Notes under the pieces: generated by a model
The model's database searches: none
What the model was told of the DNA's origin: nothing
What the model saw: the letters and a program-made list of their open reading frames with translations, nothing else
Program-made: the position numbers and the translations under genes
Assembly (NCBI RefSeq): GCF_009914755.1
Contig: NC_060945.1
Length of the DNA stretch: 64,000 nucleotides
Direction: 5' to 3' (one strand)
Source: the human T2T-CHM13v2.0 reference genome, Homo sapiens
In this document: positions 15,314-28,200 of the stretch, piece after piece
Layout: each line of letters opens with the position of its first letter
How positions within the stretch are numbered: position 1 is the first letter of the stretch

Positions 15314-15900
15314 CAATGCAAGGCCTTGGAAAGAATCATTGGAATGCTAGAACTGTTGCTTTGGTTGTGTGGCCAAAATAGCCCTAAACTAAAAGTTGTT
15401 CCCAACTCACCTAACAAAGCTTCAAAGCAAACCTCAAAGGAATAAAATTGTTTTCAAGTAACTTAATGTCTCAGAAGAGAGACTGGACATACATAAAGGA
15501 ATACAAAACATATAGCACTCAAAATATATCAGTTACAATGTCTGGCATAAAATTAAAAAAATCGTGGCATATGCAAGGTGAAAAAAATAACCCATAATAA
15601 GAAAAAACAGAAACAGTATCAATAGAAACATACCATCGATGACATACATGATGGTAGTAGGCGAGAACACTACCCGATCAATTGTTTTAATGGGCCCTGC
15701 ATATGTATTTAGAAGATACAGAAAAGCACAAGCACAACAAGGAGAGATGCCGATGATATAAAACAGCTCAAATAAAAATTGTATATATTGAAAAAACAAC
15801 ATTTTCAATACTGAAAATGACCTTGGATGGGATTAGTAGCATAGTGGATACTGCAGAAAATGACTAGCAAAATCAAGACATAGCACCATAATCTATCCAA
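14900..15900 (+). mobile_element. Old L1M 5'/ORF1-region remnant
   Basis: A-rich sequence resembling the L1MC/MD 5' region (caaagcttcaaagcaaacctcaaagg...acaatgtctggcat...aacccataataag). Confidence 0.55.
15263..15308 (+). repeat. (GT)23 microsatellite
   Basis: Perfect dinucleotide run. Confidence 0.98.
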
Positions 15901-17273
15901 AGGTTAAGTGCTATGATTTCCTTTTGGGGGAGTAGGTACCCAGTAGTGGGATTGCTGTCTCGATTGATATATTTAGTTCTTTGAAAAAGCTTTGTACTGT
16001 TTCCCGTTTTAGGCAGGAAAAAGGTGAATATATCCTTTGACCTGAACTGTGTCTTTTCCATGCTGTGAGTATGGGGTGGACAAAGGCTCAGAATGGGACT
16101 TTTATTTGTTCTGGTAGATAGAGCAAGAAGCATAGAGAAGAATGTTCCCAAAATATTCTGAGTTTCTTCATAGTGTATTTACTGTATTTTTCCACTTTGG
16201 GAGATTTACGTAAAAACATACTAAAGGACAAGCGCAATGACTATAGTTAACATTTGTTTAATAGTTATTATACGTCACATATTGTTACAAGCATATCATA
16301 TGATATTGTAGCATCTCCTGTAGGATATTGTGCTTCTTGCTTAAAAAAACAACCTCTCATTTGTCTGTAATTTGAACTAGATTAACTATACTGCTTAGGC
16401 ACTGGGTACTAATTATATCACTGATTTTAACAATATTTATCATGTACCTAGCATGGAGCCTGCCTAATCTTATTTAATTCTCACCAGATGTGGATTAAAG
16501 CAACCAGCACTAAATGAGTGCATTAGTCCACTTGTGCTGTCATAATTCTTCAGTAAAATGTCATCAAAATCTCAGTAGCTTTCAATACAAAAGTCTGTAG
16601 GTCTCTTTTAAGTATGCTATAGCAGCATGCTCTAGACCTGAGTCTGGTTTCTGATCTGCTCCACATATTCTCTTAATTCAGGAAACAGCCTGCAGGGAAA
16701 ATCCCATCTGGGGTGTGATGTTTGAAAATTTCCATGATAAAATACAAAATGTAATTTTACAAGAAGACAAGTACTAGAGAATAGTGTCATCAAATCCCAT
16801 GTATATGTCACCCAGCTTCAATAGTTATCAATACTTTGCCCTTCCAATTCACACGTTTTAAGTATCACACTTTATCTGTTTTCCAGTAGGGAATTTTGAC
16901 TTTGTATTAGATACCAAAACATTTTAAATTTTCGATTTTAAAATAGTTGATCCATATGATGTATGACTCCCTCAAAACCTTGAAACAATGCAGTCAATAC
17001 TTACTAATGACTAGTTGTATGACTTGAGAGCAGTGTGGTTTAATAACATGGTATCGCTGTTCACAGGGTGAATTCAATTATGTGGCATACATTATCACCA
17101 TATCTCTGACCATATTATAACGCATTTTTAAAAGGAAGAGCTTCATAATATAATTTGGCTCATTCTTTCAGATTTCTCTTTGCGGTTTTCATAGTTTTGT
17201 GACATGAAAGTAAATTTTACAAGATGTACATTTTAGATCTGACTATCTTCTTGGCTTCTTTATCTATTGGTGA

Positions 17274-17381
17274 TTTTTTTTATAGATTTAGGGGGTACAA
17301 CTAAAGTTTTGTTACATCGATATATTACATGCTGGTGAAATCTGGGCTTTTATATTCACCATCATCCTGATAATGTACCTT
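17274..17381 (-). mobile_element. L1PB/L1MA 3' end fragment
   Basis: T-tail followed by atttagggggtacaa...ttttgttacat...ggtgaaatctgggctttta. Confidence 0.7.
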
Positions 17382-17699
17382 GACAAGGAGTTATGTGAAA
17401 TGTTTTATTATTTATTATAGCAGTTGTCTCCTCCTATAGTAGTTATTTGTCCTAATTGTATTTTGTCTTTTACTAAATATATTATGTATTGGCCATGGAA
17501 AAATACTATAAATTATTTGCACGTGGTTCATGGGATCAAGAGAAAAGTCTAGCAGCAAAATAAACTGTCAATTAAATAGAGTATGGGAAAGTTATTATTT
17601 TACTTTGAGATGGAATATATGTAGAATGCTTTTGGAAATCACAATGAAATAGATGGGTGTATGAAACTCATATTTATTGCTTAGATCTGCATATCAGTA

Positions 17700-17930
17700 G
17701 CTTTAGCCAATTTATTATGTACTTTACAGATGCTAAACTCCAAATATTCACTCATTTAATCTGCATAGGTATCCTTTGAAATCTGTATTCTTATCATACC
17801 CATTATACAGAAAAGCAAACTGAGGTACCACTAAGTAAAGTAGTTAATCTCAGGCTTTAGAGATTATAGGTGCCACAGCCAGGATGTAAGCCTATCCATT
17901 CTGGTTCTGCAATTTATGGTCCTAACTATT
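17700..17930 (-). mobile_element. MIR
   Basis: ctcatttaatc...cccattatacagaaaagcaaactgagg MIR core. Confidence 0.7.
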
Positions 17931-18483
17931 ATATTACATTAAAGTAGGTAGGATGCCTGTGCAATAATATAAATACTCAGGTCATGTTTTGAAAACCAGC
18001 ATTTTGACAACTGTCTGTTGGAACCCACCTAGTCTCTAGTCTCATGTTTTAAATTTAAAAATAATAATCTCTAAAAGGTTTATTCTACTTAAAGCTTTAT
18101 TATCATAATATTGTAATTTTAAATATTATTTTTAAAGTATTGAATATGAAATACGGAATAGACTTTATACATGTATTAAAATATGGGTACTTATTTTAAA
18201 ATATAAATGTATACAGCCATAGTATAATTTTATGTAGAGGTAACAATCTACTAATGTAGATAACATTTTATACCTAAAGGGTCTGTGACAGAATGCAAGA
18301 AATATTTCTTTTCTCTTTTCTTTCATCAACACTTTCTCATTTGGTCATTTACTAAAAACACTTTCACTTCCACCTTAATATATTTCTGGAATCCACTCAC
18401 TCTTTTCCATTTTCACTACCATTACCTTTCCCAGCATGTCATCAGTGTAATAATGTATTTCCAGTTGTTCTCCCTCCCCCACC

Positions 18484-18846
18484 ATCTTAGTCTGTTCACG
18501 CTGCTATAACAAAATACTGTAAAGTGGCTTATAAACAACAGAAATTTATTTCTCACAGTTCTAGAGACTGGGAAGTCCAAAATCAAGGTGCTAGCAGGAT
18601 GGATTTGAGGTGTGCTGAGGGCTCACTTTGTCAAAGATGCTGTTTTCTTCTTGTGTTCTTATATGGTGCATGGGACTAGCTAGCTTTCTGTGGGCTCTTT
18701 TATTGGGCACTAATTCTAATAACAAGGGCTTTACCATCATGATCTAATCAACTCCCAAAGGCCCAACCTCCAAAAATACCAGCACAGTGGGGCTTAGGAT
18801 TTCAACATATGAACTTTGAGGGGACCCAAACATTCAGACCATAGCA
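18484..18846 (-). mobile_element. MLT1A-type MaLR solo LTR
   Basis: tcttagtctgttca.gctgctataacaaaatac ... caaacattcagaccatagca. Confidence 0.85.
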
Positions 18847-18999
18847 CCCTCTCTAATTTACTTTTTTTCCTGCAGTGTGAGTGATCTTTTTAAATCACAA
18901 GTGCATCTACTTTATTCCTCTGCCTAAAACCTATCCTGTCCATTTCCAATTGTTCGTAAAACACCCAATAACCTTCAACTGATATTTACCTTTTCACAG

Positions 19000-19765
19000 T
19001 GTTATTTATGTATAAGTCACATAGCAAACAATTCACCCATTAAACTGTGCAATTAAAAGCCTTTTTTCCTAGAGTTGTGCAATCATAAACACAATCAATT
19101 TTGGATCATTTAATCACTTCTTTTGGTCATCACCCCCCAATCTCCTCACCACCACCTCCCATTCCCTTGCCTGCCCTAAGCAAACATTATTCTACTTTTT
19201 GTATCTATAGATTTGCCTATTCTGGAAATTTCAAAGAAATTGAATTATTCAATACTAGTCCTTTGTTATCAGCTTTTTCCTCTTACTGTAACATTTTCAT
19301 GATTCATCCATGTTGAAGCATGTGTGAGTACTTCATTTTGGTTTTTCTTTGGCCAAATAATATTCCTTTGTATGTTTATACCACTTGTTTTTTTCAATCC
19401 ATGCACCAGTAAATAGGCATTTCAGTTGTTTTCACTTTTTGACATTATTAATAATGCTGTTATTAGCATTTATGTACAAGTTTTTGTGTGGACATATATC
19501 TTCATTTCTCTTTGGAATGTAATTACAATTCTCTGTTTAACATTTGGAGGAACTGTCAAACATTTTATACAAAACATCTGCACCATTTTACATTCCCACT
19601 CACAGGGCATGAGGGTGCCAATTTCTTCACATCCTGGCCAACATGTGTTACTATCTGACTTTTTCATGGTAGCCACTCCAATGAATGCTAAGTGGTATCA
19701 TGATTTTGATTTAAATGTCCTTGATGGCTAGTGAGTTTCAGCATCTTCTCATGATCTTATTGGTC
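19000..19765 (-). mobile_element. Old L1M (MB/ME) 3' region
   Basis: Reverse-strand L1 3' UTR/ORF2-end motifs (tagatttgcctattctgga; caccattttacattcccac). Confidence 0.75.
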
Positions 19766-20709
19766 TTTCTTTTGCTTGGGTACTTCTTATTGTAGTCTTG
19801 TTTATTTCTCTAACTCTTTCATATCTTACCCCTTCAACCTCATATTTAATTTGATAGTTCCAGTGAGCCCCTTTAAACTCTTTCAACACAGCTTTTTTTT
19901 TCCTCAAGTTCAAGCCCACACAGTTACCATTTTTTTCCTACTTTTCTTACTTTTTTATTGGTGAGGGCTGACTTTGTAGGAGTACAACTCATGCAACTGC
20001 ACAGATTCTGCACTCTTTAACGACCCCAAGTTTGAGCTAATATGCTGCAGTCATCGTCATCTTGGCATTTTAATAGTTTTTAAATAGAAACTCCCACATT
20101 AAATTTTGCAATTGCCCCTTAAAATTACATAGCCAGTACAGTTCCTGACTTATCATTTTGACTTGTCCTTCCGTTTTGGCATAAATACCTACGAGAAACT
20201 CTTCCTCACCTTTGTCTACCAAATTAGGTTTCCTTTCTGAATGTCATCTATATCAGCATGCATTATAATTTGTCATTTTTTCCTCTGATCCTTATGACCT
20301 GAGAGACCAAGGGCTTTGCTTTCTTACCCATTTTTCTTTTTTTATATGTAAAAGTAAACGTGCTAATTTATTCCCATTAAAGCATCAAAAATAAATGTTT
20401 TGTGTCTAATTTTTGAAACCAAATATTGTACATGCCATCAAATGTTTCAAACATCTTATTGGCATGTTTTGGTGTTTGAAATCCTCATTTAAAATTGAAT
20501 AACATATTTTAAAAACAAAAATTAGAAAAATCACTAATGAAATAAACACATTTAGTAGGTAAAAATGCCCACTTTTCAATTTGAGTGAATGCATTTTTCT
20601 AGCCCCAGAACCCAGCAAAGTGTCTATTACATAGCTGCGGTACATACATAGTTCAAACTCATAGTTGCTACTCAGGTGGTAAATCATATATCAAAAATAA
20701 TCAAACATG

Positions 20710-20900
20710 AACTCCAGGGCTAGACAACCTGGTCATTCAGCTGCTAAAGCTTATAAGCTGTGGGATGTGGGCTAGTTATTGAATATTTTTCAATTTCTTC
20801 ATCTTAAAATGGAAATACTAGCCTCAGCCTCATAGTGATGTCATGGAGATTAAATACACTAGTAAATGTAAAGCTTTTTGGATGTTGTCTAACAAGTATA
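20710..20900 (+). mobile_element. MIR
   Basis: caatttcttcatcttaaaatggaaata core. Confidence 0.55.
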
Positions 20901-23893
20901 ATTTATCATATGTATGTATTGCCTTTTATAATTATTACATTCAATTCCTATTTGTTGAATAAATTTTTTATTTTATTATCAAAGAAAAGAGAAAGACAGG
21001 AGGACCTAATAAGAAAACTACCTAAGTGAAGAACTTTGATTGCATGTATTTATCTTTCTGACATCATTTACACTGCTGGGTGAAATGGTAATTATACAAG
21101 AGGTCAGCTCATGAAATTGAAATAAGAAGAAGATTAGAAAGCTAGGAGCAAATCCAGAGGAAAGAACATTATTGCTAATAGTAAAGAGAAGAAACTTACA
21201 GGGAGGGAAAACAGTATTTCTGTTTAAAATTCTTAGTATGACTGTAGAAACTGGTGGATTTGATACATTAAAACAGTTTTGAGAAGGTAGTTTGGATAAA
21301 TTAATTCTAATAACCTTTGGAGAGTGTTGGTTTTTCTGTCTACATATTTAGCAGTTATGCATTGTCTTTACCTCAGAGTATTTGAAGTTGAGTTTACTTA
21401 CTCGATAGAGAAATAATGCCATTAGGAATGAGGCAAACAGAATACCTATAGAAGGCATCCACAATGGGGTGCATATTCTTTTGTGTATCTGCATTGATCT
21501 TGCATTCTGCCTATGGTCCCTATTTACCTGTCCATCATCAGGAGAACCACATGACCCCACTGTCTTCTGTGCGTATTCTTGCTTCTCTCATATCTTTCTT
21601 ATGTCCTCTTAGGGCATCTGCCTGGAATTCTTCCCTCAACACCACCCTTCTTTCACTATTTACAGATCACAATCCACACTTTGGTTTGTCAGGAAACATA
21701 CCTACCCCATTCCTCCACTTACTCCTAGAAAGATATAGTTTGCCTACCTGGTGCTTTTCACATTTATTTGAATTGTACTGTAAAATTAGTATCTATCTTG
21801 TTTGTTTAACTTTAATGCCACCAAGGGTAGAAACTATTACAGTTTGCTCAGCACTGCATCGCAGTGCCTGGTTGCTTATTGTAAAATAAATGCACGTGCA
21901 CACACACACACACACACACACATGCTCTGACACAAAATAATTGTTGAATGGTTAAGTGAGATGATCCATCAATCTCCCAAAAGGCCAAAGGATTTAATGA
22001 CTCTAAAAGTGTTCCATGACACAGTAGAAAGAATAGAAAGTTTTGGAATACTGGCCACCTCAAATATGCTGTGAACTCTAATTGGATTCTAAATTTGACA
22101 ATAAACGTCTAGTCAGGTGAGGCCACAAAAAATAACCTATAAATAATGACACATTATATAATTTCAATTGTTTGACAATTAAAATTGTCAACAAAAACTT
22201 TTAGTTGCAAATAAACTCAAGAAGTGGTTATCACATGGATATTTGATTAAGGGATTTTTGAAAGGACAATAAACTCTAAAAATAACCATATTATAAAAAT
22301 ATTGAAATACCATTTAAATAAGCAATTCTTAAACTGACCTTCTAGAAGGGCAAAGAACATAACATCAAATCAAATTTCAGAGAGTGCGTTTTTGTAAAGG
22401 ATGGAATAATAATGTACAGTCAGACACTTTGTTTTCTAATCATCTTACTTAATTCAGTGATAGAACCTGGAAATACTAGATAGACAGCAAAAATGCTCAT
22501 TAACCTGTCTCAATCAAATATCAGATGTCTTAAATGAATCTTTAGTAGGTGTTGAATCAGAGCCAAGATATAAATGAATTTTCTTTCAGATATTTGTAAT
22601 GCGTTTCTGTAGCACAAAGAGACATGTCCTTTAGAATGTCAGAAACGAAAATAGAAAATGACCTTGGACTTTTAGTGCAAGTATTTGACTCAAATGCATA
22701 TTGTGCATCATTACAGAGCCAGTGATGAACCTGAGAATGGCTTCTAACTTTCCTAGGAATCACACACTTGGGCACAGTGTCTGTTTTTCCAGAATTTATG
22801 TTAATAATTTCAGGTATATTGATAATAACTTTTAAATGCAAACATTTTTACTAATAACATCTATATACACCAATAGTTTTTCACAAGTCAAAGCCATATC
22901 ATGTATAACAGGTAATTACAAGAGAACATGTTTATTTTCAAGCGAAGATCATGTAACTTTAAAATTTACTTTTCAATACTGTGAAATAATTACGTTTCCT
23001 TTATAAAAATGAATAATTTGCTTTGCATTATTAATAATGTATTTTGTTGTTATATTCCAATAAAGTTAATTAAGTACAAGTGCTTAACTCATAGTAAATA
23101 ATAGCTGAAGGAGTACATTTTCTTTACTCAACTGCATGTAAATTTCACTATAACATAATTTGCTTTCTAAAAATATTAGAATATACTGTTTCTGTCCTAG
23201 AAATTTAAGTGACTTTTACGTGAAGTACCATAAATATTTTCTTACATTTGTTCAACTATACTATCACACTATGGGATGAAATCTGAAGTTCCAGCAAGAC
23301 TTTAGTAAAAGCAACTTATTCCAAGAAAATTATGTAGTTCAAATAAGTCATAATTATTTAGGCAATCAGGAACTATTTTTAATACAATATGAAATTTTGC
23401 CAGTAACTTAAAGGATAGAAAGTAGGATGTTGCCATGTAAATATAGAGAGAAAAAAAGGGGAAAAGTGTAAAACACGTCTGTGAAGAGTGTTTATTCAAA
23501 GCACAGGATATTGTGGAGAGTACAAGTAATTCAAAATAATTGGAATTGACAGTATCCAAATTGTAAAGTGTGCTTGGACAGAAAGGTGATACCACATGAG
23601 AGATCTTTAAACATCAGGCTGAGTGATTGGGTTTTGTTTGGAGTCATTGAAATGCTTTTTATCATTATACAGCCAGGGTACAGGAAACCTTCATGAAGCT
23701 ATGAGAATGTAAAAAGTGTGCTTTTTAAAAAAAACTTATTCTTAGCTATACAAGAAATACTTTCTACATCAGGAACAGTTTCTTTTTTCTTTTTGCCAGA
23801 GAAACATGGGAAGTAACATAATGTTATATGTTTGGTCACCATTTTGCACACACAAGCATAAAATCTTTCTTTTTCCTGAATCGATGTAAACAG

Positions 23894-24044
23894 AGCCCGG
23901 ACGGCCGTATCGAAGTCAAAGGGCAGCATGGAAGCTCATCACTGCATATTAAAGATGTGAAGTTGTCAGATTCAGGGAGATATGACTGTGAAGCTGCAAG
24001 CAGAATTGGAGGGCATCAAAAGAGCATGTACCTTGATATTGAAT
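23894..24044 (+). CDS. NCAM2: NCAM2 internal coding exon (151 nt, phase 0 in / phase 1 out), C-terminal half of Ig-like domain 4
   Basis: Acceptor aaacAG at 23893 and donor T|GTAAGT at 24045. Translates [50 protein letters not shown], with the I-set Ig D-x-G-x-Y-x-C motif. Sequence recognised as NCAM2. Confidence 0.97.
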
Positions 24045-24082
24045 GTAAGTTACTTTCCTTTGTATTTTCATTAAAATAACTT

Positions 24083-24088
24083 TGCATG
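24083..24088 (+). promoter_or_regulatory. TGCATG (RBFOX-type) motif 39 nt downstream of the exon donor
   Basis: Exact hexamer in the proximal downstream intron. Function is inferred only. Confidence 0.4.
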
Positions 24089-25036
24089 CTTTGAAACATA
24101 TGATTTTTCAATAAAGACCAAAATATATATGTAGTTCACATTTCAGTACTTAATGCATAGCTTTAGAGGAAATATAGGAATCATTCAGTCAGTTATTGGA
24201 GACATCTAGTGGAAATTACGGGATATTTCACAGTGCTGTATATTTCATCATTTTGATATTGCTTTTCCTGAAAATGGTCTTTCTTTTTTTGCAACATTGA
24301 ACTCAAAACACAGTATCAACTGAAAAATATTAATTATAAGTAATTGGTCGATATCACTTTAGATTTTTTATTTCTTTATAATATTTATGATTATGTCTCA
24401 AATATGTAGTGTTTACATTTCTTATTCAAATTGTTTTGTTAGGCTATTTTACATTTTCATAAACTATAAAGAGTATTTTAAATGCAGTGAAATGTACTAA
24501 TATGCTGTCTTATCAAAATAGTGTTTATTTTCTGTCTGGAAGAAAGGAGCATGACAAGGATAGTTTTTAAAATAAATTTAAAAATGTACATAACCACGTG
24601 AGTTTTGGGAAATGGGAGGGCTAATGTAAGTCAAGCTTTCACAAAACCCCTCTGGTCACTGCATGGAATTTAAAAATAATTTGGTATACATGCTATTTAA
24701 AAAGGAAGAAACTTAACATCATTCTCAATAAATATTTATGAAGCATCAATATTGGAGAGTCTCTGATGCTTGAAAGGACATAGCTGTTCTTAGTGGAATG
24801 TATGAGATATTCTTATTGACAAAATATTTCTATTGGAGCATGTCTAGTACATTAATATTGATAGAATGCAATGGTAACTGTGAAACAAGATGCATTCTCT
24901 TATCGAGAATGCCTTCAAAAAGAAAATATTTTCTCAAGAATAGACATAAGTTATCCATATTATTTTACATTTTATAGACTGTGCTTGTCAAGAAATTCAT
25001 GGAAAGACCAATCAGAAACTTCTAAAAGAAAAAAGC

Positions 25037-25263
25037 ACTGTTGTGGGGTTGGGGGAGAGGGGAGGGATAGCATTAGGAGATATACCTAATGCTAAATGAG
25101 GAGTTACTGGGTGCAGCACACCAGCATGGCACATGTATACATATGTAACTAACCTGCACATTGTGCACATGTACCCTAAAACTTAAAGTATAATAATAAT
25201 AAAAAGGAAAGAAATTCCCATAATAGGATAAAAAGAAAACAAAAACAAAAACAAAAAAAAAAA
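25037..25263 (+). mobile_element. 5'-truncated young L1PA (PA2-PA4-like) 3' end with bipartite tail
   Basis: Near-consensus L1PA 3' UTR (ggagatatacctaatg...cttaaagtataataa), then a short non-L1 stretch and a second A-rich tail. Confidence 0.92.
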
Positions 25264-28200
25264 CACCCACTGATATATTTGTTAAACTATACAATTCCTG
25301 GATCTGTAACAACCTTTTTAAAACTATTCATACAGTTGTTGGAATTTACTAAACTTCGTAACTAAAAGAAAAAAAAAGAAAAAAGGATTATGAAAGGCAG
25401 TCAACAATAAAAGGCAACTTGATTCTGACACAAATTACTGACTTCATTTGCTGATATTAGGCAGCTTCTAAGAAAGCCACTTTATTTCCATCACACTTTC
25501 TAAAAAAATAAAAATGGAAAGCATTGATAATATTGAGAACACACAAAGGAGGAAGTGATACCAATAACTTACTTAACCTTTTTCCCTTAATAATTTTTTC
25601 TACTTTTTTCCATTATTACAGTATATTTCTTTTTCAGACCAACAACATCATTAGCAAATTATAAATACTTTACACTTTTACAGTACATTTGTTATATTTT
25701 TAATTAAAATTTGTTTATTTAAACCAAAATTTACTTTATGATTTTTTTTAATTTTTCTAAATGTGAATCTAAATGAAGAAAAAAAAAACTTAAGCATGCC
25801 AAGATATGATTTATATGAGACCTCCTGGCCTCTTCCACTGTCCTACAAAAGTGCTAGGCTGCTAGGCAACATATTATCTTAATGAAACTATATTTAGGAC
25901 TTTTATTCTTTGCATTTCATTAATATTTTAAAACATTTGCTATATCATAGGATTAGTACTAAATGTCTGTTGCAGGTCCTCAGAAAAGTGGAGTTTATGA
26001 GAAATGAACACTATGGATATTTCCAAAGCACAGTAAGGCAGAGTGGCTCGTACAAGATATGCTAGTATTAGAATAATAGGACTAGCTAATATGTTAATTA
26101 ATAGTGTGTTATGTGTCCCTGAGTCCTCAATTTCCTTAGTTATAAGATAAGAGGGTTTAAAGAAGAGACTGTTGGGACCTATTTATACTCAAGCATTTAA
26201 AGATACTTTTATTCAAGCGTATCCACATTCTCCAGAGATGCCCTGGGATTTCTGAATTATTGTCCATGCATGACAGCATAGGTATTTGTGTGAAACAAAT
26301 GAAAACCGAAATTAAGATTATAATTCATATATGTTTATGTTGTAAAACCTCACTGAAAATAGTTTTAAAAACCATACTAGGTCCACCTTAAGCTTCAGGT
26401 TTTGTGCTGAGTGATAATGGACACAAAGATGAATAAAACATAGCTCCTCCTTTATTAGAAGTCTGCCATCAACAGGAGTTTAAATTAAACCGCAGCATGT
26501 ATTCAGATTTCAAAGTGAGAATGAATAAAATATCAAATTAATGTAAAATGCTAATACATAATTACATGAGATTTTTAGTTATTGGTTTTAGCTGGGTAGA
26601 AAATAATGGGATAAACAAACAACTGTATATTGCAATTTGAATTATTTGCTCTTGTAATCTATTAATACCATGAATTAATAACTTTAATACGAAAAAAGTA
26701 CATTGGGTACTTTATTTTTCAAGGACTGATTTCTAACAAAGTACAAGTTGCTTTTGATCACATTGCATTCCTTCTTTATAAGTTTAAATATTGGTTTATG
26801 TTTCTGCTTAATTATTCCAAGGTAAATGTGCAGACTTAAGCTCACCAGAAAATTATGTAGTTTAGTTTATCTTATTTAAACAGGGATGAAAGGTCTTGTT
26901 TTCTAAAAGGATGTTTTGAGAATTATTTGAGTATCCCCTGAGATTATTATTGCCGCCATCTTGATTAGAGGGTAGCTAGATTAATATACTTTGAAAAAAA
27001 TTTTCTTACTATTAAACTATCATGTAAATATAACTACTTTTTGTTTTCCCTAAGCATTGATTATTTTTCTGCAAATATTGTTGAAAATGAGTTGAATGGC
27101 TCTTATAACACTTGATCATTTTTCCTTTTTTTCCAAAATGAAACATTCAAATTTATTCTACTTGAGTGGGGATAATTAGAAAAATAAATATCATCTCTTG
27201 TTAAGACATTATTCAAATATATTTAAGTACAATAAAAGCCCATATATAATGTAAAATATGAGTTTTGACCTATGTATACACCACTAAATCTATAATAATC
27301 ATCAAGATAAACATTTACATCACCCTCAAGAATTTTCTCAAGTCACTTTAAAATCTATCCCTCCTTTTTACAACTATCCCTAGGCATCCATTTATCTACT
27401 TTTGATCACTACAATTTAGTTTACATTTACATGTAAGAATGTATATACATAGAGTCATGCAGTATTATTTTTAATTTACTTTATTATCTTTGAAATGTAC
27501 TTATTTACTTTTATTTAGTTATAGTTGACAAATAAAAATTGTATATATTTAAGGTGTACAAATGTGATGCTTTTAAAAATTTATCATTAGTATTATTTTT
27601 GATTGGCCAACAATAATTGTATCCATTTATGGGGTACAATGTAATTTTTGTTGTATGTATATAGTGTTAAATGATTCAGTTAAGCTCATTAACATGTCCA
27701 TTACCTCACCTACCTTTTTTATGGTGAGACATTTAAAATTTACTCTTAGTTACTTTGAAAAGCACATTATTGACTGTAGTGATCCAGCTATGCAATAACT
27801 CTCAAAACCTATTTCTCCTGTCTATCTGCCTGTCTACCCTTTGATCAATAATTCCCCATTTCCTTCCTTCCCATGCACCCACCCCAGCCTCTGCTGACAT
27901 CATTTTACTCTGTTTCTGTGAGTTAAACTTTATAAGCTTCCACAGTTAAGGAAGATTATGAGGTAGTTGTCTTTTTGTGTTTGGCTTATTTAACTGAACA
28001 CCAGTGTCCTCTAGATTCATCCATGTTGTGCAAATGACAAGATTTATCATTTTTTAAATGCTCAATAGTATTCCACTGTGTATCTATACCACATTTCCTT
28101 TATCCTTTCATTCATTGGTGGACATTTAGGTTGATTCCATATCTAGGCTGTTGTGAATAATACTGTCATGAACATGGGACTGCAGATACCTCTACCAGGT

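Noticed and set aside
21464-21889. 141-aa ORF
   Set aside because: No recognisable domain or splice context. Overlaps probable degraded L2-like sequence.
23828-23893. Upstream extension of the exon-containing ORF (MFGHHF...)
   Set aside because: Intronic read-in through the polypyrimidine tract. The real exon begins after the AG at 23893.
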